Source: Catajapyx aquilonaris | Taxonomy: Eukaryota | Direction: 5' to 3' | Length of the DNA: 64,000 nt | Assembly (NCBI GenBank): GCA_000934665.2 | Contig: KZ538094.1 | Location: 62,001 to 126,000, forward strand | Part shown: positions 14,750 through 29,840 of the stretch, piece by piece | Layout: the number at the start of each line of letters is the position of its first letter | How positions within the stretch are numbered: the stretch's first letter is position 1 | The notes under the pieces: generated by a model | What the model saw: the letters and a program-made list of their open reading frames with translations, nothing else | Database searches by the model: none | What the model was told of the DNA's origin: nothing | Position numbers and translations under genes: made by a program

Positions 14750-16010
14750 GGAGTCGCCCTGTTTCCACCTGTGCGCTGTCGGTGGCTCAATTAGTATTCA
14801 GGTAGCGGGTTTCCAGTAGCTGGAATGCCCTGCAGCACAGGGGGGCAAGGGACCAAATAGCCTGAAGGAAGTCCCCTTCTTTCCCGCATGGAAAGTCATC
14901 TGCAGTGCGCAATACAATCGTTGAGGACACTGGCCATCACATCAGTCGGACCCATCCAAAAACCGCTCTTGACTTTAAACAATGGGAAAAGAGGGCCTTT
15001 GGCTGATACCCTTTTGTGTCACAAATTGCCTGAGAGTTGGCCCTAAATTAGCGATGATTGTAGATTGGTTGGGAGATATACCAATTAATCTGGTAATTCA
15101 TGGCAGGTTGGGGATAATTTGTCACATTAGTGGATTCTGGTTTCCATGCGTTGCAAGAGGAAGGTGGGCGCAAGTGATAGTGGACATGTGAGTCACATAT
15201 GCATTATCTTGAGGGATCAACTTTCTGGACCATGCAACGAATTATATAATCGTGTGTACATTACGCGCTGTAAATATTAGCTATTATGGGACTTGCAGCA
15301 TATTCATTTCTGCATACAAAGAGTTGCTGATTGAACGGTTTCATATTTTTTATGTTGCATTATCATCTTTAGTACTAAAACCAAAAGGTAAAGCAGAAAT
15401 TTCAAGAAAATCAATCACTTCTCTTATGGCTGGTTTCCTGATCAATCCAGAAATGTTTCATTCAATGGGAATAATCTGTATCAACCACTTGTTTTGGATT
15501 TACCATAGACCACATCACCGGCCTCAAAGAAATCATTTATTCAATTGTAGAAAGTAGGTCTAATTAGATAGGCAGCGGTCTCTCCCACCTCTCAATGACT
15601 GCGGGTTTCTTTGACGATTGTTTTGGGTGTTTGGCATTCAGCTAGCAGAACAGGACGCATTTTGCAATTATAATGATGCCTCACGTCATTTGCCGCCACC
15701 GGTATTCTCGTCCTGAGCATTGCAATGCAATGGCATTAAAAAATCCGACCTGCTTCATAATGAAGGAAGAGGTACGCCCATTTGGACCAAGCAAGGTGGC
15801 CCACCCAAGTGGCAAACTTTTCTAATCAGAGTGGCCTCAAGCTAGAATGCATGCATCATCTTCACAAGATTATTGATGCATCAATTCCCGCTACATCCTA
15901 CAGGCTAATTTCACTTTTCCTGGTCCTGCTGGGTATGAATCCCAGAAAACTATCAGCATACGACGGCCTTCGAAACAGCCCCATTCACACTACCAGACTG
16001 CCCATGTCAC
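14750..16010. mobile_element. Decayed LINE RT fragments (two orientations)
   Basis: Minus strand TADDF (cf. Y/FADD) near 14900 preceded by an SP.LF-like remnant; plus strand PATSYRLISLFLVL (cf. SYRPISLL) near 15890-15930. Confidence 0.35.
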
Positions 16011-19000
16011 ACACACACACGTAACATGTGAATTAAGTGGAAAGGACGTGAGTTATACAATTTGACACCAATATTACTAGTTTCACCCAGCAGACACATG
16101 CATATAGTCTTTGTTAATGAATTACCCTGCCCTTTTTACCACGCACAGCCTTGGAACTGTCCAAGTTGTCCTGACAAGTAGCTCAAGATATCAATTATCC
16201 AGACCGTTATTGCAAACAAAACTCGGTCATTAATTATTATGGCTTAGGAATCCAGGACATTTAACAGTATCATTGCTCTATACTAAATAGGAACGAAAGA
16301 CTAATAGGTATACTAAATAAAATAGGTACTAAACTGATATAATAGAATAGGCTGTGTTACTCGTCAAGATTTGTGATTGTGTACTATTGTAGTGTACAGT
16401 ACTGTATACTATCTAGTATTAGCAGCTAATATTTCTGATATAGCTCACTTCGAAAGAAAGTGCTTCATAATAATCAAATTAGTGCAAAAAACCGCGAACT
16501 AAAACAGACACCTCAGTTTGAAGACAATGACTGCACTTGTGTGGAAAAGTCCTGTCACGGTTTTATAAAAGTATAGGAAGTATTTTCTGGCTTCGCTTTA
16601 AAGTTTTACACCACTAAAAGAGATGATAACTCTCAGGGTTTAAACCATATTTAACTAAACATTTTTCTGTTATGAGAGGGAATTCCAAACAACAATAATT
16701 GTCGAGCGTGTATGAAAACGCTGAAAAATATTGGGAAATGGAGTCTTATTTTAATGCGCTTAAATCTGGGTGACGTCAGTAAAAACCACATAGTTTTGTG
16801 GGCATAATTGACGTCATCGGATTAAAAAGCCGCGTCTCCCAATTACTCCCCTCACGTGTACGAATCATACTGATCTGCCCAGTGTCTATTGTAAGGTCTA
16901 GCCTTTCGAAGATGAATTTTGGTGGGTGAGAATCAGAGATGTGCGATGTGCCTGACCTGCTACTGGCCTTAATAGCCTATTAATTATTGCAACAATAATA
17001 TATGGTATCCTACCAGTACTGCTACATTGGAACGGATGTTTACTCATTGTTCATGCTGCTTGTAACTTAAAAACCTGTGAGCTGTGCTAGCTATAATTAA
17101 GCCAGCAAAAAATTTACTCCTTCAATAAGTAGTCAATCAGTATGATCAAGCTCAACAGATTTTGTCAACCATGCCCAACTCTATGGACTTCCCCATGTTA
17201 CAATGCTCATCTGCAGTTGCATGCGCGTAACTGGCTCGATCCCTCTGACATGAGACCTAGCTTCAATGATGTGGCCTTCACAGGATCTTGCATGCTGAGG
17301 GACAAGTATGTACACTGCGACCCTAATCTGCATACCCAGAAACCACTTTTTTGGTGCTTTATTGCGCCGAAGACCTTGAGAGACAATTGGGCTCGATGGA
17401 AGCGTGCTGGTGTGTCAGAAAAGGGTTGGAACGCGATCCTTACACCACTGCTGTACAGTATCCAACCGTCAAAGGCAGCAATTGTTTACTTATTTCGTCA
17501 TAGGCATGACCATTATTTAAGTTCCGTCTAGCTGATACTGGAGAAATAAAGCTGAATGCTTTAATTACATCGTTGTATGCGACCTTTTTGACCTTTGAGA
17601 AAACGCCTTTTTGCTGTTCGGAATACACGGCATGCAATCTGATGAAATTCCTGCTGCAAAAAAAGACTCCGGGGATTTGCAAGACACAGCGCTAAATGTA
17701 TTTCACCATACCTTATTCGTAATATGATGTTCAAGAGGCTTCAGTTGATTTAAAAGGGAGAGTCATTTCTACCGGTACTATTGTAGCCTACTTGATCTTC
17801 GCAGCCATAGGATCAAAATTCAAAACCTGCCTGTACTGTACTGTACAGTACTAGTATGTAGACATCACTGTTGCCATTTATGACTTAATTCAAACTTTTA
17901 AAATACATCTTAGTATGCCCTATAGCCATGTTCTTTGTAAAACTTGCATCTGGACTTACATGCAATAAACACCATTTATGCCTCCATTGGATCAACTTAC
18001 GACTTGATCAAACTAAGTCTGTATTTACTAAAAACATGGCCGCCGTTCTCACATTCTATCACATTGTCAGCATTCGCAGCAGTCGTGCCCAATGCCTTGT
18101 AAGGACACAAGAGGTCAAGTCTTACCTGACCGGGTCCACCAAAGCTCCAGCTCGCCTATAACTTGCACTGAAAAAGCGACCTTGCGAAAGCGGTCCCCAA
18201 CCTGTCCAGAATGAAGACGTGATGCGATGTGTTACCACCTACGTTGCCAAAATTATATTTTTTTAAATAAAAAAGGAAGTAAAATGTCACTGTGTGGAAA
18301 ACAAAATGGCATCCATGATTCAAAAATTTATTCACAATTTTATTTTGCATATCACAGGCAGTAGCATTACTCAATGTTTAATACAGAGATCAAAGCAATG
18401 CTGCAGATATTGCCCATGTAGAAGTGTTCAGGTTACAAGTTGCAAACTCGGAAATAAAAGCAAACATAAGTGCTGTTGTAATGCAGCAGTATACTGATTA
18501 CAACACGGTACAAAAAAAATTATGCTGTAAGAACTTGAAATGGTCTGTCTATTTTTAAATGTACTAAACAGACATGTTGCCTGGTTGCAACTTGTCAGTT
18601 CAGGCACTTGCCATCTGAATATTCAAGTGAGATGGATCGGTGTGGAAAACAGTATCTTTTTCCCTAAAATAAAACTATCAGCTCCCATATGGCACACAAA
18701 GCAAGCCTGTTCACATTTCCTGCCATTTCACCCACATATATTATGTAACATTTCTTTACACATGAAAATGCTGTACACATTATTTTGGCACGGCGAATTC
18801 ACGGTTTTCTTTGCTCCGAACCACCGGTGGGAGTTAGCCGTGTCTTCTGAAGGAACTCACACCAGCCACAATATTATTGTTGGCAGCTTTCTCTTCCAAT
18901 TATATGGCCAATTCTAGGGAATGTGGGCTTCTTCATACCCTACGCATTGCACTTTCCACCTGACATCATCACGGTCTTATATCCTGACATTATGACATTT

Positions 19001-20037
19001 GTGGCAGGTCAACAACTAGCTTTATCTTCGAAATCGGGTAGAAGTCGCCAACTAAGTTTCAATGCATAGTGCCATTTAAGTAAAAATTATATTCCAAGTT
19101 TTACCGCAGAACAATGGTGAATTCAGCATAAGGCCCTGTCCAAAAAAGAATGGCAAATATCAAGCAGCTTGTGCAACAACTTACCCAGTCCCTCTGCTGG
19201 GAGTCGAACCCAGTTCCATGCCTTGTGAGCCAGCCCTGTGTTCTACCCACAGTTCTAAACTTGAACTTCACAGGTCCATGGGCCATATTGCACAAGCCCA
19301 ATCAGAAACATTTCCTTCGTTAAAATTTGGTGACTACAACAGCTGATTACTGATAAATATTACAGGAACCTGCAAGTAAAACTAGCTAGGTCTATCTGAA
19401 TCAAGTCATGTACAAACACTGGGAATGTAAAATTCGGATTCATCTCCGCCAAGTTTAGCTCTTCAAGTACAACCTGCCAAATGCACCATTGTTGTGCAGC
19501 GAAACTTGCAATAGCTTTTTTTTCCTGAATAACGCAAAATTTCAAATATCAAAAGTTTAAGTCTCTTCTGCACATGTTACCAAGTAAAGTGTAAGTTAAT
19601 CCTGCAGCTGCCTTACTCTTGAATAGCCTGACCCATTTGCCACGTAACTAAAAACAGAACTCTGAACACAACGCCTAGACATGTGGGATTCTCCCGTCTG
19701 GATGGCATTCTGCAAAAAATTAACAAAAAAAAAAAGTTTTCAACCCTCAATTTACATCAAAATATACAAATATACATCTGTATACACACACAAAAAAAAG
19801 CGCCAGCATCGACTTTGACCAGCGCTGTGTCACTCCTGCGACCTCCATTGCACTAATAAAACTAGTGGCTCTTAATAACAACAAAAAAAACTTCCTTTTC
19901 TTTTGGCCTACTTGCATACTCCCTCCACAGTTAGAAGGTCGCATCTCTGCACTTCCTACAATCCTTCCAATTACCAACCATCCGGAAGGCATGACACAGG
20001 ACGGAGAAAACGCTAGGACCGGACCAGAATGTCAACG

Positions 20038-23000
20038 TCACGGTTCCACCTCACACTGCAGGCTACCATCGCGCTCTCCTTTGCGCACGACCTCTTCCCA
20101 ATCGTCCAATCGGGGTGCGCACAGCAGCTCAGGTTCGCCCAGACGTAACCGTCCCATGAACACAAACTCTCCGTCGCCATGTTTAGCCCCACAGTGGATG
20201 GGCACGTGGACGGTGCCCTGAAGACCCTCGGACGGTGCCAGGACGCCGTTGTCCAACGGTTCAGACTTTTGGAATACAGGCACTGTCTGGCGCCATAGTT
20301 TCGACACTGATACTGACACCTCAGTGCGATCCAGCTCCTCGTTGTTGCGGATGCCGCTGATGCTGCCTCGGACCGCTGAGGATCAAAGAAATGGTGTAAT
20401 GCAAACGCTGACCCCTTGCATGATCCCTGCCTAATAAAGTGATATTGCTGCCACGCCCGTGTCCTGCTCCGAGGGTTAAAGAACGTAATCTGGGTCGTGC
20501 AACAGGTTCTAGTGCGGCGACCAAAATTGATGTAGTGTCACAAGAATGCAATAGCGTCCCGGATGATTGTACCGAACCTGATTTACCACAGCCTTATGGT
20601 TCTCCAGTTCAGAACTTGCACCAATTAAGACACAATTTGCATTCTTGGAAGAAACTGAGGCGGCAAACTGGTTACCGGTTTTGTACTGCTCGCTAGCTTT
20701 CCGAACTTGGGGGGGAAATTCAAGCTGGCACGTTCCCGAAGAGAAGGAACACAATTTTTTTCTGGGGCAAACAAAAAACCTCAAGGTCTGTAGTTGCAGG
20801 CACGCATGGTCAACACCTTTCTGCGAGTCTCAAAAAATTCAAAATGGCTATTAAGAGGAGGTGTTTGCCGCCCCTATTGAAATTTGATAATGGCCCACCC
20901 AAGCACTGGGCCCTTTAAAAAGTTGCCAAAAAATAATAACACTTACCAAAGTCGCTGGTGCAAAAGACTCGCAGCAACTCGTCGCTGGAACAAGGCCGAC
21001 AATCTATAAAGACAACAATAAAAAAAACACGTCAGTTTGCCATCACGTAAATTGTTTTCGTAAACAACCCATGCCCGACGTAGGTGGAGGATTACTTCAG
21101 ACTTAAGTCCTCATTATACGACTTGCGAAGGCGTTAGCAAGGGCATGAAACTTGTTTGACCTTCAATATTCAGGTGATAAACCAGCGCCGTAAGTCCAGG
21201 CTTGTTTTCCCGTTTCACTGTTTTTATTCAGATAATCCAAAATATGACCGCGCTTTTTTGCTCAGAAATACGTCGTGTGCAGCATGCAACTGTTGCAAAA
21301 CCACCTTGAACTTCCTGACATTTTGCCACGTATTTTTATCAGTTTATAATATCCACTTCCTCAACTTATAAAAATTATCCTGCACTATATGTCGCCCGCA
21401 ATACACCAAGAGTGTCATCGGATACGACATGACATCATGATGCGAGTGTACCACTTTTTCGTTCGTATCAGCTGGGTTTTATCTCAAACTTTCTCACGGG
21501 TTTCCATAGCGACTTGCTATCTATACACCTAAATATTAGCAGACGTTAAAACCGTTATTCTTCAGAAATAATTTGCACTGACTTGTAAGCGGTCATCTCA
21601 GTCCCGGTAACGCAATTCACAAGTGTATATAACGGATTGTGACCATTACAGTTTTTAAAAATCACAATTTGTATTTTTAGCTCTCAATATTGACGCCTGA
21701 AATATAGTAGAAAAATTTGCAATGTTTCAATGCAATATTGCAATATTTCAGGCGTCAATTTTATCGTTTTAAATGGCAACTGATTTCTCGTGGCCATACC
21801 CTGCAATCGACTCTAAGTGAAAGCAATAAAACTGCACCGTGTGAAATGGTCGAACTTCAACCATCGCAAACGTTTAAAAAAAAAAACTTTAGGCTTCAGT
21901 AGCACCAACTCGAGCAAGTAATAACAGCTCCCATTTCGCATACTAATCTGACCGTGTGTGTTGGGATCCTTCTATGGAAGCCGTTACTACACGCCCGGGT
22001 GACCATACATTTGAACCTCTTGAAGAAAGTGGCGAAATAGGCGTATTGCCAACTGTAAGGATGCAACCACCAATGCACGTCACGCCTCTTTTCACCTCGA
22101 TTTCACACCCGCAATTAAATGCATTTTTCAGCCTCCAGGCGGCGACAACGACGCTAAGGTGAATAAACTGCACCTTTTTTTCCGTTTAATAAAACGACTG
22201 ACCCTGGTTGTTCCTCCGAAGTATAGCGTGACAGGCGATGACACGTGAGAGGTGCGGCCCTAACAGGTCCTCCTACATCTCGGCCCGTAAAGGCCAATCA
22301 ACTGCCCAGTGGCCGCCCAATATACGTAAAACACAATCGTAAAATGCATTTTGTAGTATTTTTTAGACGAATAAACAAGGGAGGGTAACGATGCCTCATT
22401 CCGCATTCGGTGAATGTCACTTTCATCCAATTTTCTACATTATCCAGGGCCTGGTAATTCCTGGTCTGGGAGGGTGCAGGGTGTTGTTTTTTGCACGGAC
22501 AAACCAAACTGAAGGGCCAAACACCCCCTCGCCCTTCCTTATGGCCATGGCCAAAAGACGAAAAGCAGGCTCCCGATCACTTGCTCAGATTAGCCCTGGA
22601 TGGCCTGGAAATCCCTCCCTATAATTTGGTTTTTTTTTTGCCCCATTCCCCAGTTATTACACGGAACTGCCAACCTATTTTTTTGTTGTAACAATCCACC
22701 AAATAAGCCGGGTACATAATATGACGCCCCCGTCCTTTTTAAATGCAGGTGTTTATTAGGAAATGGGCTAACGAATATTAATGAAGCGGTTGACCCCCCC
22801 CCCCTTCCCTCCCTCCTACCCCGATGGGGTGCGACAACGAGCGGAACTTGAACTTGATGTGTCACTCCTCCAGCATGGGGTCACTCAATTGACACGCGGG
22901 TCGTCGTGATGTCCGAGCACGCTAGACAGACTGGTGACCACCCCTGATATTGACACTGGATGACTCAACTGGTCCTCAGCATCAGCCTTGAGACCCTTGC

Positions 23001-26000
23001 ACCTCCCCCCTATCCACCCATCAAAAGTGCACAAGTGCAGGCCATCAGCTGCAATCAAAATGGTCTTGTGTACTATAGCCCCCCCTAGTCCTAATCTGTA
23101 CACAAGCCCAAATGAACTTCAGAAGTGTCGGGGTGTCGTCGGTGTTGCATACCGACCAGGAGCGGGATTGTCCCTGCTAAGAGGTTGTTACTCTGATGTG
23201 GGAGTCGCTACCTCTCCGCATTCTTCTCCGTGTCCTCTCACCTATTCGCAACCCTCTTTTTGAGGTGAGTGACCGTCGGTCCTTAGTTCGATGCCAGGCA
23301 CGTACCATAGTAGCACCTATCGGCGACCTCCAGGCTCCCGTACGCGACTGGTCTGGCAATGACACTTCTTTTGCAGTCAAGTGGTTGCATGTATAGGTGA
23401 CTCGATTGTCCTTTGGTGTTTTTGCAGCCTTCTTTTTTTTCCCCTTGTGGCGGCAAGTCATAAAATGCGGTGACGCAGTTTAGTTGCCAATGAATATCGG
23501 TCTATCGGCCTGGTTGCGTTAGACGACCGACTAATCTTATTCAAATATGTGCCGGGTCTTTTCAGCTAATGAGGCGGATTTTAATAAGGTCGACTTCACG
23601 GAGATTTCCAAGTCTGATGGTGATATCATCTGCAATGTCATTGCATTTGAAGTTTTTAAAATGAAGTCATAGCTTTGGGTCGTGTGCACGCAGCAAAAAC
23701 GACTAGAAAAATAACCTATCGTGGGTGTTGCATACTAGGAACGTGATGTGTGGCTGCTTGCACCGATTGGCTATTTGGCAACTAAAGTTTAGGGTCGTCC
23801 ATAAAGTACTGTACATTTTGCTGAAAGGTTGTATGCAATACTACAGCTGTGGTCATCGAAAATACTGTATGGTGGCAATTTTAATAAACTATAACGTCCT
23901 TTCTCCAACCCCTAATTAGTTTCGCACGCTCACAAATATCACTTCTTTTCGGCGTCACTACCGAACTGCCATGAATGTCCAACAGTGAAATCCATGCCTG
24001 CCAACGCAAGTTCCGAACAAAGAAATCCTTGACAATTGAAGTCTATAGTAGGGTATATTAATGCAGCCTAATTAGGTCACGTAGGCTATGGGAAAAATTT
24101 CTAAGTTGGAATTCTGGGCACCATGGGGCCTTTTATCAAAGCAAATATCATTTATACTGTATAACTCTCATTCTGTATTACGGACACGTACCATCACAGC
24201 CAAAGATCCACTGCATGGCTCCAACAAGTCCACTCCGATGATGTCTTTGCTCCAAAGCGACTGTACGGTAGCACAGTCGAGATTATGACGTCCGCTACTG
24301 TATTCGCGTTGGAGTAGACATAACCGGTTATAAAAAAATTGTTGAAGTCTTGCAATACGGATAGTCATCCTTTAGGCGACAGTACCTGCGGGGCGTGTCG
24401 TTAACTATTCTCCGACAACACTACTCGCCCTCGCCACATGCCTCTAAATATGCCCCCCCCAAAAAACAACAGAAGNCCCCCCCCCCCCCCCAAAAAAAAC
24501 AACAGAAGAAATCCTTCCACATATACCAAGCAATGGACCATCCCACCGGTTTAGAAGGTACAAAAAAAAATCCAGTTATGGAAGCAAGTCCCCTCTTTCA
24601 AGGGCAACGGGGCTTCAAAAAGGGATGGAGATGGACCCATTTGCGTTTCCTTTTACGCCCTCTCCTTTGGTCCGCCCCGGTCCGGTCACGAACTTCTTTT
24701 TCAGGCCAAAACTAACCTTGTCGAGAGTCGGTACCATCAGCGGCCAGCGGACTCAGATGGTACTTGAAGGCGGCGACCTGCCTCTGGAGTGGTTGTGGTC
24801 CCGGAGCAGCCTCCACGTACAGTGCGGCATGTGCGTTCCGGGATCGGAAACACCGAGGAAGAAGTGGTGAGCGGCCATCTGCCCGGGAGAACAGGGGCAG
24901 AAGACGGGCCGGTTCCTCCAGGAACACTCGGGCACCAGCAAACCCAGCTTCGGCCTTCAGGCAACCCACGAAATCCCGGGGCGTAGGTCCAGACCCCAGG
25001 CGGAGAACAACCCGGAGGGCACCTCGGGGGTACAGCCACCGGACCGAACCCTGGCTGCACCGTACATACACTGGTTGGACACCACGACCTCCAGGACTTT
25101 CCAGGCCGCTGAAAAGAAACATTGGTCACATATAAGAAAGGCCATATTTTTTTTTACAGGTGTTAACCCCTATTGGTTGTCAAAGACAAATCATCTCATC
25201 GGCAAGGTCATCCCAGGTAACCCCCATTAGTGTGGAATTCTTATCAGGTGGATCCCCCATTTTTTGGGGGCCCCTGACCCACTTTAAGGGAATTAATATT
25301 TTTGAAAGGAACGATACCCCCCCTCCCGCGGTGTAATTTTTTCCGGTTCAGGTAGTTTCCGTGACGGGATCGCCCACTTCCACGATTCGGTTTTCGTGAA
25401 ACGTGAAAATCGCTCTCAGCTTTTTTTTCTTTCTTTCTAATTAGTGCACTGTAAAAGTGCGCTATAACTGTTCCACGCCTGCACCTACGCGGCCTTTATC
25501 AAGATGAGCTGGCAGGTGGTTCGCTCCTCAAGTGTTTACATGCAGTGTAGGAAGTTTTAAGGTCCCACTCAGGTCGTCCAAGTCGACACTTGACAACATT
25601 TCTGATAAGTGTCGTGTGTGGCTTCGACTGATAAAACCTGCCTTATCCTCACTTTAGGAATCGGTCACCTCATAAATTTAAAGAAAGGGAAAAAAATGCA
25701 ACAACTTTCGAAAATTGGGGTCCCGTTGACAAAAATTGGTCAAAGGTTTGCAGGTGAAAGTTTTTTGCCCCAGAATTCCTCGCGTCAAGTGTCAGATTTT
25801 CAAGGAATGTAGGAATACTGCACCTGCCGGTCTCGCCATAACCTGAACGTCAGAAATTTAAGCTAAAGTTGTGAAGTGCACAATTATTTCACATGCTACC
25901 AGGATCTGTCGAGTCTGTCCAAAACTAGCTTTGACAAAATGGGGCTTAACTTCATAATTTATGACGACGTTGGAAATTTCCAACGTCGTCATACATATTG

Positions 26001-27797
26001 TGTTCATCACATGTGTAGCCAATTTCGAGGCGCCAACAATGAGTGCGGCTGGTTTTGACGCATCGGAAACACGTAACCATATGGATGCCTCCTACCCTTT
26101 CAGATTAAATGATTTCCTCCCGCATATGCCAGATAAGAACCACACATGTTTCCAGGTGCGGGTCACACGGTACCGGATGATTATAACGTGTCTTATCAAT
26201 GCAAAAAGACAGGAAGCAATGCCCACATGTTCCGCATCCCATTTGCCCGAATGTCAGGTCAAGGTTGACAATCGTCACGTAACGACTAATTAGTCTGTAC
26301 ATGCCACGACGCACCCAAACAAATTGGCCATACCCGAAAGTGATTGACTACTCTGTCTGACATACCGATAAGATTGCACGTCCATGAAGCTCAGCAAATA
26401 AATGCACAATCTCTGAATCTCCCACCCATTAATCCATCACCTTGAGCTTTTCTATACCCCACATCACTAGTCTCATTGTTACAGGTCACGGCCGCAAAAT
26501 GTCCCAAAAAATGTCCAAATTTACCGCTTGAACCAACTGCAGTCCTCCACCCTCAAAATGGACTTATCCTCCTGTCCCATGGGACACACCTCCCCATCAA
26601 GGGAGTAGTGTCCCGCGCGTGCTGTTCCAACCTGCCTCTTTCATCCGGCGCGGTCACTACAAAGCCCATGCCCATTTTCCACAAGAAGGAACCGACAACG
26701 GCCCCGTGGGCAATTCCTCCACATTCCTTCAGCGACTACAATTTTCGGGGGGCCTTTCAAAAAACCCCCTCCATTTCTACCCACCACAACTGCAGTGGCT
26801 CACAAATCAAGCTCATCTTTTTCCCCCTACATGCAACGTAACGAGGCTCAACTATAATTACAGGGCCAGATTTTTTTTTCTCTCTCTCCAAAACTGTGTA
26901 TAAATCAAGGAAAAAAAAAAAAGTGTGTGAACATTCTTTTGAGATGCATAGCGAAAGGGTTTTTGGAGCCTGTGGCCATCCTTCCAAAATATGAGAGAAA
27001 ATTCGTGGGAAGTAGGTATCTCAATATTTAATCCGGACACGATGAACGGGTTATCTTGGGACGGTATTGCATTGTAATTCAGTGACGCGCACAGCCCCGG
27101 GTAGGCCTAGTCATTCCAAATTACAGATAATGCCTCCAATTGGTTTTTCTTTCGGAGAAGTGGCCAGGCCTCGGGGCCCTGCATTCCTACCAGTACCACA
27201 GGGTGGAAGGTGACCAAGTGAACTTCGTAGAAGCAAAACCGGCTCTGTACAGTATAGTCACTCAGACACTTGTCCAATGATAAAATTGCGCTCTTTTCCA
27301 TGGGTGACACTAACTCGTCTCAAACAGTTGATAAAATGGGACCACTTTCTTGCCAATTACTATAGAAAATGATTGAGCGTACTACTTTCCCAAAGATTCT
27401 AGCTGTTCCTATAGCCAAAGCTTACGTCGACCGCACCTATAAGATTGACACGTTCCGAGTGAAATCCGAACATTTAAATTGGCGCCTTTCGCATGTGTCG
27501 TTTGACACATTTTAGGATTGTCGTTTGACACATAGTTGGTTCCATGGTTGTGAACACTCACCTTCCAACCCAGTCACAGCCGTCTCCGACATGTCCTATA
27601 GCCGCTCCGCACACGGCCGTCGGAATGACACAAGCCATCAACACGACACTGAACCACCGGTACCACCAACACCATGTCCTCGCACAACACTCACTGTCCC
27701 TTTTCTTCTTGCACCTTTTCGGCCTCCACCGCCAGTGACGTCGCTCCAGCAACGTCCAATTGTCCAAAGTGGAGGACGGGTCGCCACCACTGGTCAT
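20038..27797 (-). CDS. METRNL: Meteorin / meteorin-like secreted protein (about 340 aa, 4 coding exons)
   Basis: Exons (minus): 27797-27562, 25108-24717, 21003-20947, 20375-20038. All introns are GT-AG with matching phases (2,1,1); total 1023 nt. Translation has meteorin hallmarks CDWVGSGL, RCSQGSVRWLYPRGALRVVL, DCRPCSSDELLRVFCTSDFAVRGSI, HCGAKHGDGEFVFMG, LCAPR and terminal QCE, with 10 Cys in the predicted mature region. Start codon uncertain (27797 vs 27638). METRN versus METRNL orthology cannot be resolved; probably co-orthologous. Confidence 0.9.
22560..23000 (-). mobile_element. Decayed LINE endonuclease fragment in meteorin intron 2
   Basis: Minus strand VIQC-NIRG with a frameshift (cf. 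APE start IxQWNxRG) near 22960 and IIGRDFQA (cf. GDFNA) near 22615. Confidence 0.45.
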
Positions 27798-29499
27798 AAT
27801 TCTGACTGCTCTAGAGGACACATCCGACCCGATCAGCGGCCCAGACTCGACTGAACTGAGGCGGGCAACCAGCAGGGGTGGGATGGTTCTTCGGCTGGGG
27901 GAGAGGGAAGAGAGAGAGTTCGGCGGTGCTGCCACGTGAACGGGGCACCCTCCGCCTATTGGGGAGCGCACTCCTGCATGTGTGCCGTCACTCACACGTG
28001 AGGATTGAGGCCTTACATGCACTGTCACGTACTAGGGTGGAAGGGGAGGGTGGAAGTTTGGGTGTGTTATTTTTTGAGGGAAGGGAGAGACATGTGTGAC
28101 GATTTGAACTGTTAATGAGTCATCTGGTGGGGCAACATTGCTTCGTGGGAGTCGAAAAAGCGCGGGAAATGGCCCTATGCATTTGTATAGGGGTGGGGGA
28201 GGGAAATGGCGTCAAAACTACCGGGTATCCTATGTCTGAAGGCATGTTCCCAAAGAAACTTTTTTTTAAAATGCTGCAGATGTCACAGTGCTGTTCCCAA
28301 GCTGTATCTGTGGGGCTCCCATATTTTGCCGCTATTTAAATATGAAATATGAAATAACGAGAGGCATATGGCAGTGTTTACAACTTTAAACTTTAAAGAG
28401 GCAAGAGTGAACGAGGCTCAAATGAATCTGATGAGACATATGACAGCATTTTAAATATTAAATGTGACCTTTCCAATGGCCCGATATCAATTCACTCTTA
28501 TAAATCGGTCAACATATAAGAACGCAACCGGAGTGTGGCGCACAGGATGCAATCCTGGAATGAGAATTGATCTGTGCGTAAGTACGATATAGGTTACACT
28601 TATTTCTGACAGTGGCATGGCCATACATATCACTTCTGATATTCCAGTATTGCATACTTTATAATTGATATTAGGGAGGTTGGCCCGGCATTACCTTTCA
28701 ACCTCCTAGGATAGGTAAGGAAGGAAGCGGCTGTGGCCTATTAAGTATTGCATACTGTGCGCCACGGCAATACGGTACACACTCGGTTGCGTTCTTATGT
28801 TGACCGATCTTATAAGACTAGAAAGAATTCTGATAAAAATATTTGAACAAGCGCCTTATCATGGCTGATTAGTGACACTCCACAGTATTTAGTAAAGTGC
28901 GGTTTATCGGTATCGGTATGGAAATTGACTCTGTCATCGAGTGCGACAGACGTAATAATTGGCTGAATAACAGGGCTAGTATTGACCAGTGTTACATAAA
29001 GATGGCGTGAAAAGATAAGGAGCACATGAACATAGTGCATTTGGGGGCATAGACCCAGACGTGTGATTGGACTAGGTGACTGACAGACGACTAGTGACAA
29101 ATGCGCAAGTCGTGACATGAATGTTACCGAGCAACGTGTTCCGACTTGTCAGCCAATCATATGGCATGACCCACTCCAAAATCCGTGTGAGAAAACCCAA
29201 TTCCAAAACATCATCCCACGTGATAACTCATCAGAGCGAGTCAACGCCCGATTTGAGCCCTAGTCATGGAAGGCACGACCGATAACGAGAGGCCATTTCA
29301 TAGCGATACACCATCTATATTTGTCTACCTGTGAAGCTAATTCCACACTAAAACAGTCCCATCCCAAAACTAAGGAATAAACCTGGAATTTATGATCCGC
29401 TCTAATATTAAGCCGCGCATTTCCACAACAATTAAGCCTCTTGTTAGCCTAGCCCTGAAAAATAAAAATGTAGAGTGAGAAAAAAAGGGGGGTGAATAT

Positions 29500-29840
29500 T
29501 ATGCATGTAAATGAGTGGTCAGGGCGTTTTCCCCCCAAGTTCCTCCTCCCCCAATTAATCCGCCCTGGGCAAAGCCCACAAATTCCCTAGAAATCGACAC
29601 CTGCCCGCCATCCCCAATTTCTTCCAGCCAGGTAAGATAAGCCGGATTATCCGGACCCTCATTTGTTGCGAGTTCGGGCTTATTGGTAAAGCTGGAAATT
29701 AATGTGGCAACGTCCTCACGCTGTTTGTCATTATTTGAGCCGGACCTCAAATCCGACCAGACAGACTTGTAGAGTATAGGCGGACCACGGGTGTTATCGC
29801 CCGTCTGGAGGAAGGGCCTCAAAAATTGTTGAAAAACCAT
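29500..29840 (-). mobile_element. Decayed LINE RT fragment (CR1-like)
   Basis: EIGDGGQVSISREFVGFAQ resembles xDxGxQVDxIYxDFxKAFD; weak similarity only. Confidence 0.3.

Noticed and set aside
27798..28028. Extension of meteorin exon 1 to the GTG start given in the ORF track
   Set aside because: Non-ATG start in a eukaryote with no supporting similarity; more likely 5' UTR.
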